A program made the translations under genes and the position numbers. DNA of 61,976 bases, counting the filler. It is 8 parts of 8 records of this genome, joined end to end, with 100 filler letters (N's around TTAATTAATTAA, not from the genome) between each part and the next. Parts side by side here need not be neighbours in the genome. Positions count along the whole stretch, not along the records: positions 19,828 to 26,984 come from SRR15195285_3086; positions 27,085 to 32,371 come from SRR15195285_3087; positions 32,472 to 39,503 come from SRR15195285_3089; 5 more parts are not named here. One strand, given 5' to 3'. Positions 22,801 through 34,363 of the stretch are shown here, piece by piece. The first letter of the stretch is position 1; the number at the start of each line of letters is the position of its first letter. The notes under the pieces were generated by a model. It was given only the letters and a program-made list of their open reading frames with translations, did not search any database and was not told the DNA's origin.

Positions 22801-25118
22801 ATGAGGAGGGGTTTCTCCGAGAGGACGAGTCTGTTCGGAGCATTTCGCCTCCGCAGCGCTCGCGCAGCCCCCAGCTTCCTCGACGGAAAGAAGGAAGTGG
22901 CATGCCGCCTCGCAGTGGCAAGAGTGTTTCGTTTAGTGGCAGGCCACAGCAAAGAGGAAGCGGCAACACTAGTCCAAAGCGAGGAAGACCGCCGGGTATG
23001 GGGGGTGAAGGAGCACAGCGGAACACAAAAGATGGAGAGCCAGTGAAGGTCGTTCGTGAGAGTGGGGACAAACCGTGGGGTGACAACAAGGTCAGCAATC
23101 AGATTCCTGCGTGGATGCTTCAGAGAAAGAAACAAGTCGAAGAAGAGGCGGCAGCTGCAAAGTCAAAAGATAAAATGGAGAGAATCAGAGGAGAGGATGA
23201 TGAGCAGCAGCAATCGTCTGCTGATAGCCCGGTGCGTCTACACAGCCCCCCAATCCCAACCCACCTCCCGGGTGGGTCGCGATTTGGAGAGCAGTCACCT
23301 GATGCATCACTAGATGAGAGTGACGACGAGGCGCTACAGCTTGCAGACGGCTTGAATGCGAGGCAACAAAATAATGCAGATCGCCTGCAGCAGCAGCCGT
23401 CTCTGCAACAGCAGCGACGGGTCAAAGTTGCGGGACCGATTGGCCAGTCCATTGATGACCAGGCTGCTTTGCATAGCGAACAAGGCGACGAGGACAATAA
23501 CTTCGACAATGAATCGCTCGCAGGTTCGGAGTACAGCGCTCGCTCATCGGCGTACTCGATGTCGCACCCAGGCACGCCGCCATCGATGTCGCACCGCGCT
23601 GGGCTACATGCACTCGCACCTGAAGAGAGGGCACGGAAGCATGCACACGCAAGGCGAGTACTTAAAGGCGTCTGTCGTTTCGGAGACGGGATGCTCAGAC
23701 AGCGTGTGACGGAGCGACTTGGACCAGACGCTGCCGAGATGGAGCGAAAGGGTGCAGGGCCGCCGCCAGCTGCACCACCACAGGATGCAGACTGGAATGA
23801 GATTGGTCGAACGGAGTGCATCCACGATACCAGTGACCCACGCTTTGCAACATCTCTGGTAGTGTCGAGGCTTGGACCTCATGCGAAGAAGAATCGCACC
23901 GTGCGCTGGCTCCAGATCAAGGTGCTTGATGTGGACGGTGATGGTGTAGACCTGTCTAAAGACGACCTCTGCGGGGAAGCAGTCCTTGACGTCGACTCCT
24001 GGCTTGGCGAGCTCTCCCGAGATGCTGATGCACGTGCTGCTGACACTGCTGATTTTGCTGACCTTCAACTCGCGATTAAAGAGGCTCCTCTGCGACGCCC
24101 GCAGAAAGGCGCGAAGAAGCCGAACAATAAAACTTACGGCACTGTCCGGATCATTGCGGAGCCGCTGCGCAATAGTCCGGGCGCACACCAAGGCAGAGGT
24201 GCAGTGCGCGTGAGCATGCGAGGAATGAATCTGATAAATGTCGAAGGTTTCCTGAGCAAGTCTGATCCGTTTTGCACGTTGAGTCGTGCACTGCCAGCGG
24301 GAGAGGACGACCAGAGATGGGTACGTACACTTACCCTGCTAGCATGCAGTTTTGTCGTGCATGTGTGATGAGGTGTGGTGCTGCAGGCGACCTGCTTTAG
24401 GACTGAATGGGTGAAGAATTCGCTGGACCCGATGTGGCAACCTTTTGATGTTCCACTCTCCGTCTTGTGCGGCGGCGACCGGGACACCACTCGAGCTCTC
24501 CGATTGCAAGTTTTTGACTACGAGAAGTCTGGTGACCATCGATTGCTCGGCGAGGCAACAACGACTGTTGCACAGCTGCTGGCGTTGCGGAGTGAGGTGG
24601 ACCAGAGTGGCGGTTCTGCAGCGGAGGTGGTCTTGGCGTGGCCGAAGGAGGGTCCACTTGCAGAGAAAGTAGAGAAGGCCAAGAAGAAGGGCAAGGCTAC
24701 GGAGGAGGCTGGCTCGCTACTCTTCGATGTCTTCAGCCTGCTCCCTGGAACTGCAAACGATCCTGTAGCTGCGAGCGCCGCAGCTACTGACGAAGATCAG
24801 TTCATTGGTGAGCCGAGCGTTTCTTTCTCCATCACATTCGACACGTAGCGCACCTTGTGTGTGCGAGTCCGCTCCCCTAAACGCAATCATGTGTGTTCCT
24901 GTGCAGTGTCAATTGAGGCTGACAACTTGCCGAACATGGACATGATGAGCAAGTCTGACCCAATCGCTGTGCTCTCGGTCCAGGAAACAGTGCCGGCGCC
25001 GAAGGCTGCTGACGCAACTTTGCTCGGTAAAATGCGGCTGAAGACTGCGAGGCGAAATCTCTCGCTCGCGACTGTCATGGCAAACACGCCAGATTTTCGA
25101 GTTTCAAGCCGTGTGTGA
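19828..25118 (+). CDS. Large Ca2+/calmodulin-related protein: coiled coil with 7 IQ motifs, EF-hand pair, copine-like C2 domains; 5' truncated
   Basis: The frame is open from the contig start. IQ motifs include AASRIQAARRG and AAAKIQARWRG. EF loops DRDNSGTLDPGE and DSDGDGAIDYEE. C2 motifs SKSDPF, FRTEWVKNSLDPMW, LQVFDYE. GT-AG introns 24321-24386 and 24808-24906 preserve the frame. Confidence 0.82.
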
Positions 25119-25323
25119 GAAGCTGTCATGGTAGGCCTAGCTAGTGCGGTCCTGGTCCCCATGGTGCGGCAAAGCTATCACGGCGAGGCTTGTCTCACAT
25201 CGTCCAGATGGTATGAAACGCGGGCGCAAGAGATGAAAATCGTTGAACTTTGACCCTGCTCTGAAGTGTGATGCTAAGAACTATTGCCACATCGCCTACA
25301 CTTGTTTTTCAAAAGCGTTGCAT

Positions 25324-26876
25324 CTATTTAGACTCGAGCAAGTTCGGACAAGCGCTTGGTCCATCCCCAAAGGCGTTCGTCCACGGGGCCAGCATCTCCG
25401 CGACAGACATTCCCTTAATGCCATTGTCAGGGTTGCCAACGAGTGTCGAGATGTAGCAGCCGTCAGCACAAGGAGTCGTCATGTTGGTCGGGTCAGGACA
25501 CGCGGCAAAGCAAGCCTTTCCAGCCCTCTCAACTGCGTGATCCACCAGGTGTCCAAGGCAAGTCGCGTTTATCTTCCGCTTCAACAACTTTGGCATCCAT
25601 GTGCACCCACTCCCGTCGCCTGGCCGCGCATCACCAATGCATTCACCCGCAGCCGGGAAGCTATACCAGTATCCACCCAGGATCTTTTCCACTTCGTACC
25701 AGCTGGTGCCGTGATGCTTGGGTGGTTTCGTGTGGTTGCCGTTTGGCTTGTCTTGACTACGATGGTAACCATTCATGCACTGCTCGCTCGCCGGCGATGG
25801 AGGGCCTTTTGTTTTAATTATCTGCTTATGCAACTCACAGACAGTCACACCCGTGGTCGAGTTGTGCTTTCGCGACCAACCACGACATATGGGTTTGTTC
25901 TCATCACTACCCTCGACTCCCATTGCTTGGCACGCGTCACAGCACTGAGTCTCAGACTGCGCAGATGGGTCCGAGCTGTTGCCTTTGCTCCAGTCGATTG
26001 GGATGGTTCCAATCATTCCAGATTGGTTTAAACAGTTGCCCCACGCAAGCGAAAAGTTTCGACACTGCGGTGGTGGCGGTGGGCGTTGTACATGGCCGTG
26101 ACCGTGACCGTGGGCCATGTAGCCACGGTTCACTCGGCCTGCCGTGCGATCTGTCCGAGGGCACGCGCACGCTGGGCCGTGCATTGAGCCACTCTGATTG
26201 CGCGCTGCGTTGTTTGGGTTTGGCCACACTGGGCAGTCTGGTGGCGTGAGACATTCCAAGCTGCAGCTCCAACCCCCATCTACGGTCTCGTTCATCCAGC
26301 CATGCAGAGGATTGCACATCTGATAGGAGCCCCACCGACCATCTACCTCCACTTCCCACTGCGCGACCGATGCCCAGGTTACTAGTAGGTTTCGCAACGT
26401 GAACAAGCTGTGTGGTCGATAGAAATGAGCGAAAACATTGGAGGCCTTTGTGGGCGGAAATTAAGTACCTGTACAATCACGTTATCGCCTGCCAAGAAAC
26501 AACCATTCCCATGAGCGTGTGAATCCTGCGCGCATTCCTGGCGCAGGTCGTGGCGACTCAAGAAAAAACTCAGATCGCCGTTTGGATCGCCCGCATCCTT
26601 GTTCACCATGTCTGTGATGTGGTTCGGGGTCACGCGGTATACTGTCACCGTCTCAGGCGTCCCTTTCTCGCCCGCAGTCGCGTTGAAAAACGCACACTCG
26701 TTGGAGCAGAAGGACTCGCACAGCTCGTCGATTGGTGCCGAGACGTTGCAGGCAGCCTGCTGCCTTGCAGGTAAGCTCCAGCCCGTACCGGTAGCTGCAG
26801 TAGTGGCGGCAGCAGCGGCGAGATGAACCCAGGCACTTGCACATATACAGCTCGCAGCGCCGAGGATACTGCGCAT
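25324..26876 (-). CDS. Secreted Cys-rich protein of unknown function (~480 aa, 2 exons)
   Basis: Signal-like MRSILGAASCICASAWVHLAAAAA. Intron 26468-26359 joins NVIVQ-WEVEVDG in frame. Conserved-looking blocks VTVYRVTP..NKDAGDPNGDLSFFL and GGYWYSFPAAGEC..GCTW. Confidence 0.75.
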
Positions 26877-26984
26877 ACTTCGGTCTGTCGTGCGACGCGC
26901 GCTGCGCGACAGAGCGAACGGAGCGCGCGTCCGATCCGAGTCCCTCGCCGCCCCACACCGCTCCATCTGAGTCGACACTTCCGT

Positions 26985-27084
26985 NNNNNNNNNNNNNNNN
27001 NNNNNNNNNNNNNNNNNNNNNNNNNNNNTTAATTAATTAANNNNNNNNNNNNNNNNNNNNNNNNNNNNNNNNNNNNNNNNNNNN
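26985..27084. other. Artificial contig-joining spacer
   Basis: N44-TTAATTAATTAA-N44. Confidence 0.98.
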
Positions 27085-27254
27085 CCCTCTGAAATTTTGG
27101 ATCGCCGGCGGCCGTCGCTTGTCGTCAATTTCACCGCACTCCCAGCGCGCTCAGAATCCATCCAATTCCCAGCACGCCCACCGTGCAAACCCCCTATTTC
27201 CAATACTAATCCCACGCAAAAACAAGCAGCGCAGGAGCGGTCCGCGGCGTTCCT

Positions 27255-27272
27255 TGTATTTCTCAGTGAGTT
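27255..27272 (+). repeat. 18-bp upstream element TGTATTTCTCAGTGAGTT, copy 1
   Basis: Identical to 32354-32371; ends 48 bp before the eIF3i ATG. Confidence 0.8.
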
Positions 27273-27319
27273 TTTGGTACTCTTTCAATTTGCTGTAGCT
27301 GGGGGTGGTGGTGGTGGAG

Positions 27320-29188
27320 ATGTCGCACGATGCGAAGGGGACGTCCATCCTGACCAAGGCATCCAAGGCGGCGCAGATCCGCCCCGCGGTGAGTGCTGCT
27401 GCGCTCCTGTCCTGTCCGATCGCGCGCGCTAAGCTCTTAGGGGTTTGTCGGGAGGAGGGAGAGAGGGGATGGAGAGGAGATGGGCCATTTGAAGAAGGAG
27501 AAGAAGCGCCCTCATGGCCCCCCCTCCCCCCGCCTTTCCACACACGCTGTGCGCGCACCAGCCGAACAGGGGCAGGGTAGCTGGAGAGGGGGCGGCACGG
27601 GCTCTCCATCGGGCCCTGGTGGGCGTGCGGCGGATCGTGGGTTGGCCTGTGGTGGGCGTGCTGCAGCCCCTTCCATGCTGCTTGTTCGGCTCCTTCTTGC
27701 CCTTGCCCGGGGCCCCCCTTCTTCCGCGCCCTCTTCCTCCTCGCCCGCGTGTTCTTCTCCCACAGTCACCCATACTGCACTACGCGTACCCGCTGAGCTA
27801 GACGGGAGCTCAATGGGAGGGGCTTTTGAAGACAGGGGAGCGGCCAAACATGTGCTGCTGCGGATATGCCTTGTTTGCTCTGCTCTGGTTTCCTGCCTTG
27901 CGGAGGAGGGGGTATTGGGCGCTGGAATTCTTGGCTTCTGAGGGCGGGAGGATGTCGGGAAGGTGCGGGCGGCAGGGCAGGGGTTGAGGAGGGTTATGGT
28001 GCTGGGACAGGGAGAGAGAGGAAGGGAGAAAAAGGGGGGGCGGGGGGAGCGGGCGGGCGCGAGCGGGCGGGCGCGCTGCGTGTGCTCGCCGGCGCGTGTG
28101 GCGGTGTGCTGATGTTGCGTCCGCACGTTGGCTGGTTCGCGCAGTTCCAACCGGAGTCGGAGACGAAGTTCCGGCCGTTTTTGCTGCAGGGGCACGAGCG
28201 CCCGCTCACCTCCGTCGTATGGAACCGGGACGGCGACCTGTTCTTCTCCTCAGCGAAGGACAAGTGGGCCACCGTCTGGTACGCGGCGACGGGCGACCGG
28301 CTTGGGTCGTACGAGGGGCACAACGGTTCCATCTGGAACCTGGACGTCACGCCGGACTCGCGGCACCTGTTCACCGCCTCCGCGGACAACTCGTGCAAAG
28401 TGTGGGACGTATGCACCGGCGCCGAGCTGTACAGCTTCGAGCACGACACCCCGTGCCGTAATGTGCAGGTGTCCACTGGCGGCTCCCTCGTGTCGCAGGC
28501 AGTGTACGCGGGCAAGGGCCTGGCGTCGCACCTGAAGATTTACAGGGTGGCGGAGGACATGGCTGACCAGACCGCCGATGTCCTGACGACGATCGGCACC
28601 GGCGATCAGGGCTACAAGCATTCGGGCAATATCATCCGTACGCTGTGGTCCAAGACCAACCGACACGTGCTGACGTGCTCAGACGACTGCACGATCCGGA
28701 AGTGGGACGTCGAGACCGGCAAGCAGGTGGGCATCATCGACGAGGATCACACCAAGAAGGTCAATGACATCCAGTTCTCTGCCTGCGGCACGCACTTCGT
28801 CACATCATCGTCCGACACCACGGCGAAGCTCTTTGATTTCCACGCGATGGATTCCGCACCGCCGGGCCGAATGGCAGTGAAGACGTACAAAACCAGCGCG
28901 AACGTCAACTCGGCGTCGATCTCGCCCTGCTTGGAGCACGTGCTGGTGACTGGTGGCCAGGACGCCGCCGACGTCACGACGACCGGCGCCGGTGCCGGTA
29001 AATTCGAGGTGCGCGTATTCGACAAGATCCACGAGAACGAGCTCGCAACTGTCAAGGGGCACTTCGGGCCGGTGAACTACGTCAAGTACAATCCATCCGG
29101 GTCAGCGTACGTGAGTGGCGGAGAGGAGGGCTTCCTGCGTCTCAATCACATGCCTCAGGAGTACTTTGATTTGGGTAAGGAGGAGTAG
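27320..29188 (+). CDS. EIF3I: Eukaryotic translation initiation factor 3 subunit I (WD40), ~370 aa, 2 exons
   Basis: RPFLLQGHERPLT...NRDGDLFFSSAKD...GGQDAADVTTT...VKGHFGPVN...SGGEEGFLRL. Exon 1 is 27320-27388, followed by intron 27389-28144 (GTGAGT...GCAG, phase 0). Confidence 0.93.
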
Positions 29189-29571
29189 GGTCCAGATTTC
29201 TCCAATACAGTGACAGCTTGACGCAATATACAACGAACGCGTTCGAATCACTACTCCGCGATGTCACGCCCAGCGTTGTTTAGCTTCACCATTCCGGCAG
29301 CGCAGTCTCGCGTCCTCATTCCATCTCCGCGGAAAAACAGAGACTATTATTTGAACGGGCTCTCGTGCGCTATAGCACCTTTATGGGGCGTCGAAACAGA
29401 TGCGTCATGACCGAGAAGGTCGTGCCCTCGCCGAAGAGGGGAGGTTGCCTGTTTGGCGTGTGCCCGACGCGTGCCATACTCGTCATGTGGGCTCAGGTGT
29501 AGATCATCACGGGTCGAGTCCGGCGTGGATCGTGACGACCTGCTCGCGCCAACGCAAGCGTTCGATGTCAG

Positions 29572-32218
29572 TCACATCGAGCAAATGGATGCAGCGTATC
29601 TGCTCGTGACTCAGGCATTTGTGCGCAGATCTATCAGCTCGCATGTGCCGCAAAAAGTGGCCAATCAGGCGCACCGTCTCGATGGAGACCCTTGAGGTGA
29701 GCGTGATGGTGACCCTCGCCAAGATAAGTAGCCTTTGCTGCGGGCGTCTGCTTGCTGTCTCGCATACGGTGAAGGTGATCGAGAATCCCCTCGACCACTA
29801 CCGGGCGAAGAGTGAGGAGATTCGTTGTACCGGTAGCTGCCAGGTGAGCCTCTGTCTCGGCTGCTGCTGGGGGATGCAGATGAGCTGCGGCCACGGCCAC
29901 CAGGCGATGTAGCTGCAACTACAGCGTCCGTCTCTTCTCTGTCAAACGTGGCCACAGTCAGTTTGAAACGTTCCACAGATATACAGCAATCTCTGGACAC
30001 TACAGGAACGCAGTTCGGTCTCACCGCAATGCGTCCATTTGGACACGTTCTTTTCTGCTCGGGATATGATCCCGCAATGTTTCTCTGAGTCCCGCTGTCT
30101 CCGCCTCCGCGATTTCCCGCCGCTGCCGTTCGCGGTCCAACTCCGTCCGTACTTGCGCCAACTCACGCTCCAACTCTCTGCAGTCAAGCCGTAAATCCTG
30201 GACTTCCCTAGATAAAGGCGAAGGAGTAGCAGACGATGTTGGGTCACGGCCCATCGGTGAGCGTTGTATAGAAGTGACCCAGTCTTCTATACCCGCGATG
30301 ATATCCGAAGGCAAGCCCTCATCCTGTGCACACGAAATGTGTCCGGAAGCAGCAGGCCACAGCGCAACGTGAGGAAGAGCAGAACAGGGATTGTAAGGCA
30401 TTAATCAGACTGCTGGTCCACGGAGGATGCTCATGCAGGAACGATGTTGCCCAAGCAAGTCGAACTCACCTTCAAGTAGTCTACGACCCGGTGCCAGAGA
30501 GCTCTCTGGCTCTCCTTCGGACGTTTGCTCCTGGCTGCTCTAAGATAGGATTCAACTAGCAAGTAAAAGTCTTCTGTCGCTAATGCTTTCGTGTGGGCTA
30601 CTGCGCGGTGCAGTTGCCTACGTTTCTTGTCGAGCTTACGGCTCAGTACTGCCGGGTCTGCCTCACCCATCTCACGCGCTGAAGGAGAATCCCGGAAGGG
30701 TGAACCATGTGTCGGTTTGAGTGCCCTGCATAAAGCCTTCAGCATTACTGCCCAAGCTTCATCGAAAGCTTCATCAGTAGTAAGGCGCGGACGCGGCGCA
30801 GGCACTCCTGCCAAGTACAGTCGCAGTTGACATTGAATCGCAAGGTGATATGATTGCATAAAAACCAAGCGAGAGACACAAGCGTGCAATGAACACTTAC
30901 TGTCACCAGGATCCGGTGTCCGAAACCGCGCCAGCCAAGACCGCAGCTCGAGAATGTTATCCTGCGGCATGGACAAATCAAGTCGAAGTTTAACGGTGCC
31001 AGCACATATCCAGCGCTCGTAATTGGCGAGGATGTCTGCTGACACACGCGCGTGCACACAGCTGTCGGGCGGACCTGCGCAACTCCCAGCTGTAGCAACT
31101 GTCGCTGTGGCTGCGTTATATCCTTCGCACTCGCTGCAAGGATCTGATCGTCTTGAAGGATCTGCTCAAGGACTTTGGTGCCGATTTTCGACCACGTTTG
31201 ATGTCGCGCAATCAGACGATCATTGAGGTGGTCGACGCGCGTCGTATAGTCCACGTCTATCCCGCTGGACAGCAGCAGGGCATGACGCTCCCGCAGATCC
31301 TCTAATTCATCCTTCGTACTCCCGTGATTGGAGTGCTGCAGTGCGTGCACCCGATATTTCGTGTCATGGCTGACTAGAGAAAGGCAGAACACGTAACAAA
31401 ACCGTGGCACGCGATGAGCGCACCTCAAGGAGGTGCTGCTGCTCCACCACGTCGTGTCGAGCCTGCAGCTCGTGCACGTCCTCTGCGTGCTGCGCCTCAG
31501 CCAGCTGCAGCTGGTGCTCGAGACTCGAAATAGTCAGCTGCAGCTTGGCGATTGCTGCGCCTTCGCCCTTGGTGGAACGCTGTTCCGCCCCCTGTAACTT
31601 TGCGACTTGTGACTTTGCACCGCTGCGGTCGGGGCTTCGGACTGCGTCAAAACTGCCGTCTAAATGACCACTCCACGTTCCATTTTCCATGCTGATCCCG
31701 CCGAGGCCGTCATCTTTGACGACTGCGCGCCACGTTGTCATCTGGCCGCTATCGTACACCTGCGTAAACTGTACGATATTGCCGTCCACTTCACCATCGA
31801 CGACTGTGAAGTGATCCGAGTCTGCACGTGCGCAGTAGGTGGCAGCTAGGCGTCAGAGAAGTGTGGCATCCATGTGGCCGGGCTTGCGTGTGGTTTGATG
31901 AGTGCGCACGGCCAGCAGGAACCGTCGATTCGCCGGCTATCTCGCCGAGAGGCGTCACCCAGAGCACCACCACATCCTCGAGAAACTCGCCTGATACTGC
32001 AGGCGACACGCCCTGCAACCCGCATCGCAGCACACACACACACAGACACACACACAGACTGGGATCAGCTACCAGAGTCTGCGTTGGAGCCTGCCAACGC
32101 GCAGACTGCTCCCCACAGCCCGCAAGGGCTGACGGCGACGCACCCTCGCATGCCACGTGCCAGCGAGCCGGCCCACCGTCAGCCAGGTCTTGTTGTCGGC
32201 GGACATCTGCGTCTGCAT
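29572..32218 (-). CDS. Multi-exon hypothetical protein: N-terminal beta-rich domain, coiled coils, Ser/Arg/Pro-rich tail
   Basis: A chain of minus-strand coding segments (VVDGEVDGNIVQFTQVYDSGQMTTWRA; ELERELAQVRTELDRERQRRE; RSPSP tail) bounded by GT/AG sites, e.g. intron 30024-29939. One internal junction near 31040-31075 was not resolved, so this could be more than one gene. Confidence 0.55.
32031..32056 (+). repeat. (CA)n microsatellite, intronic
   Basis: cacacacacacacagacacacacaca. Confidence 0.8.
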
Positions 32219-32353
32219 CCCGCCAATGGGCAGCCCCAACGCCACGGGGCCCCGGGCTCAGAATTCACTCCACAGACGGAGTCATAACTACAGAAGTTTC
32301 ACTAATGATCTTCGGAGAAATGCAGCGGCTCGAGGTGGTCCACGGGAGTCAAC

Positions 32354-32371
32354 TGTATTTCTCAGTGAGTT
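32354..32371 (+). repeat. 18-bp upstream element TGTATTTCTCAGTGAGTT, copy 2 (at contig end)
   Basis: Identical to 27255-27272. Confidence 0.8.
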
Positions 32372-32471
32372 NNNNNNNNNNNNNNNNNNNNNNNNNNNNN
32401 NNNNNNNNNNNNNNNTTAATTAATTAANNNNNNNNNNNNNNNNNNNNNNNNNNNNNNNNNNNNNNNNNNNN
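32372..32471. other. Artificial contig-joining spacer
   Basis: N44-TTAATTAATTAA-N44. Confidence 0.98.
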
Positions 32472-32752
32472 CTTTCCCTGCTCCCCAGAACCTAAGGAGG
32501 GCGGGAAGAGCCTCCAGCCACACGGCGTCGCTCACGGCGCTCCCTGCCTTACTTCGCCATGCAGTCGCACACGAGGCCCTCGCGCGTGCTACTTGCGTTG
32601 GCCGACTCCGTACAATCGTCCAGCGAGACGCACGCGCTATTGTCGTACACCTGTCACACAACTCGATCCCTGGGTGACCTAAGTACCGTACAGATTTTTT
32701 TTCAGTACCTTTGCCTGGTAACTTCGGGGCTGTTCGTAACCTTCACTGCGCG

Positions 32753-32838
32753 AGTCGTACTTGTTGCCTGTTTATGTTCGACTTTTTCATACTGCATTCA
32801 TAACCCCAATGTAACTCCTCCATTGATCCTACGAGTTT
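32753..32838 (+). repeat. ~86-bp dispersed upstream element, copy A
   Basis: Shares AGTCGTA, TTGTT, TATGTT, GACTTTTTCATACT and TCCTACGAGTTT, in the same order, with 35986-36071. Confidence 0.8.
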
Positions 32839-32970
32839 TGAGTTCCCCTCGGACGCAATACTCGGAATACATCTATAGTATGGGATACCCCGCCGGTTCA
32901 TTCGATTCAGTTAATCGTACGCCGTAGCGCGCCCGTGCGTGCCGCAGCCCGCAGGTGTGCCAGAGGCCGG

Positions 32971-34239
32971 ATGCAGTCAAGATTCGCAGCAGCAGGCTCG
33001 GCGGTGGTCGAGGCCACCTTGCGTGGCTTGATGGCGTCGTCAGCTGCAGACGATATCAATAGTACTCGGCGGCGGGTGCGAGCCATCATACCGGACCTCC
33101 CAGATGAGTTCGTGGCAAGGCTGCAGGGCGTGGTGGCGGAGGTAGCTGTAGCTGGGCTGCCACCTATTGCTCTGGAGCTGCTGGTCGCGCGAACGCCCGA
33201 GGAAGCGACCGAGTTGCTGCGCACTCAGGATGATATCTCGGTGCTCATAGATGCCGTCGAGATGGGCGCGCCGACCCGATGGTGAGCCTGGTGCCTTTTT
33301 AACAAAGAGCAGCCTGAATGCCTGGACACGACCGGCGTGCTTCCGTGCAGGTCAGTTGACAGGTGCTGTACAACTCACGTCCACATCTCCGTTGTCGGAC
33401 GGGGCAGGGCGTGCACAGAACAAATGCTGAGCGTGGCACAGCCGTCGCTCAAGTGGGTGCAAAGTGGCCAGGCCGGCCAGGATGCTGCACCACTTGCGTT
33501 ATACAGAACAAAGGACGTGGTGTTGACGAACGCCGCTGTCATCACTGGGTCTCACCTAGCGGAGCACATCCTGGCATTCATGCTGGCGTTCAGCCGTCAG
33601 CTGCCTCTGCATTTTGCGAACCAACAGTCGAGCAAATGGGTAGAACGGTCTGAGTACCCTTCTGGCGAGCTGACTGGCTCGACAATTTTGGTGGTGGGGC
33701 TCGGTGGCGCCGGCCTCGGCACTTGCCAGCGTGCGAAGGCTTTCAATATGACAGTAATCGCCACTCGCCGACGGCCCGATGCTAGCGGAGTGCTACCAGC
33801 TGGCGTCGACGAAATACACGGTGGCGACAAAGATTCGTTACTTGCGGTGCTCCCTCGCGCCGATTACGTTGCTGTTTGTTGCCCGCTCACCTCAGAAACA
33901 CGAAATTTGTTCGACAAGGACACCTTCGCAGTGATGAAGCCATCCAGCATCATCATGTCTGTCGGTCGCGGGCCCATCATCAACACAGAAGACCTAGTAG
34001 GTGCTCTGCAGAGCGGCCAGATCCTCGGCGCTGGGCTGGATGTTACTGACCCACAACCACTACCGGCTGACCATCCTCTATGGAATATGCAGAACGTTAT
34101 CATTACGCCACATGCCTCTGGACACTCGCCGCTGCGCGCAGGTCGAATGCAGGATCTTGTGGTGGACAACATGAAACGGTTCGTTGCAGGTGGCACAGCA
34201 AATCTCCGAAACTGCGTCGACACGACTGCTGGCTACTAA
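32971..34239 (+). CDS. D-isomer-specific 2-hydroxyacid dehydrogenase (NAD-binding), ~399 aa
   Basis: LAEHILAFMLAFSR, Rossmann ILVVGLGGAG, CPLTSETRNLF, VGRG, GAGLDVTDPQPLPADHPLW, TPHASG. Intron 33282-33350; a second 45-nt in-frame intron at 33363-33407 is possible. Confidence 0.9.
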
Positions 34240-34363
34240 TACGGCAGGCGACATAGTCGACATCGTGAGGGTCGCGTCGAGACCAGTGGATTAGAATGAT
34301 ATCCGTTTCCGATAATGATTATTGTAATCGTTATCAATCATCATCAGTCCAACAGAGCTCTGG

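Noticed and set aside
25243-26031. 262-aa plus-strand ORF
   Set aside because: It lies antisense to the Cys-rich secreted gene, has a TTG start and shows no protein-like features.
27866-28144. Gly-rich N-terminus of the ORF-track eIF3i
   Set aside because: This is translated G-rich intron; a clean upstream exon and splice sites exist.
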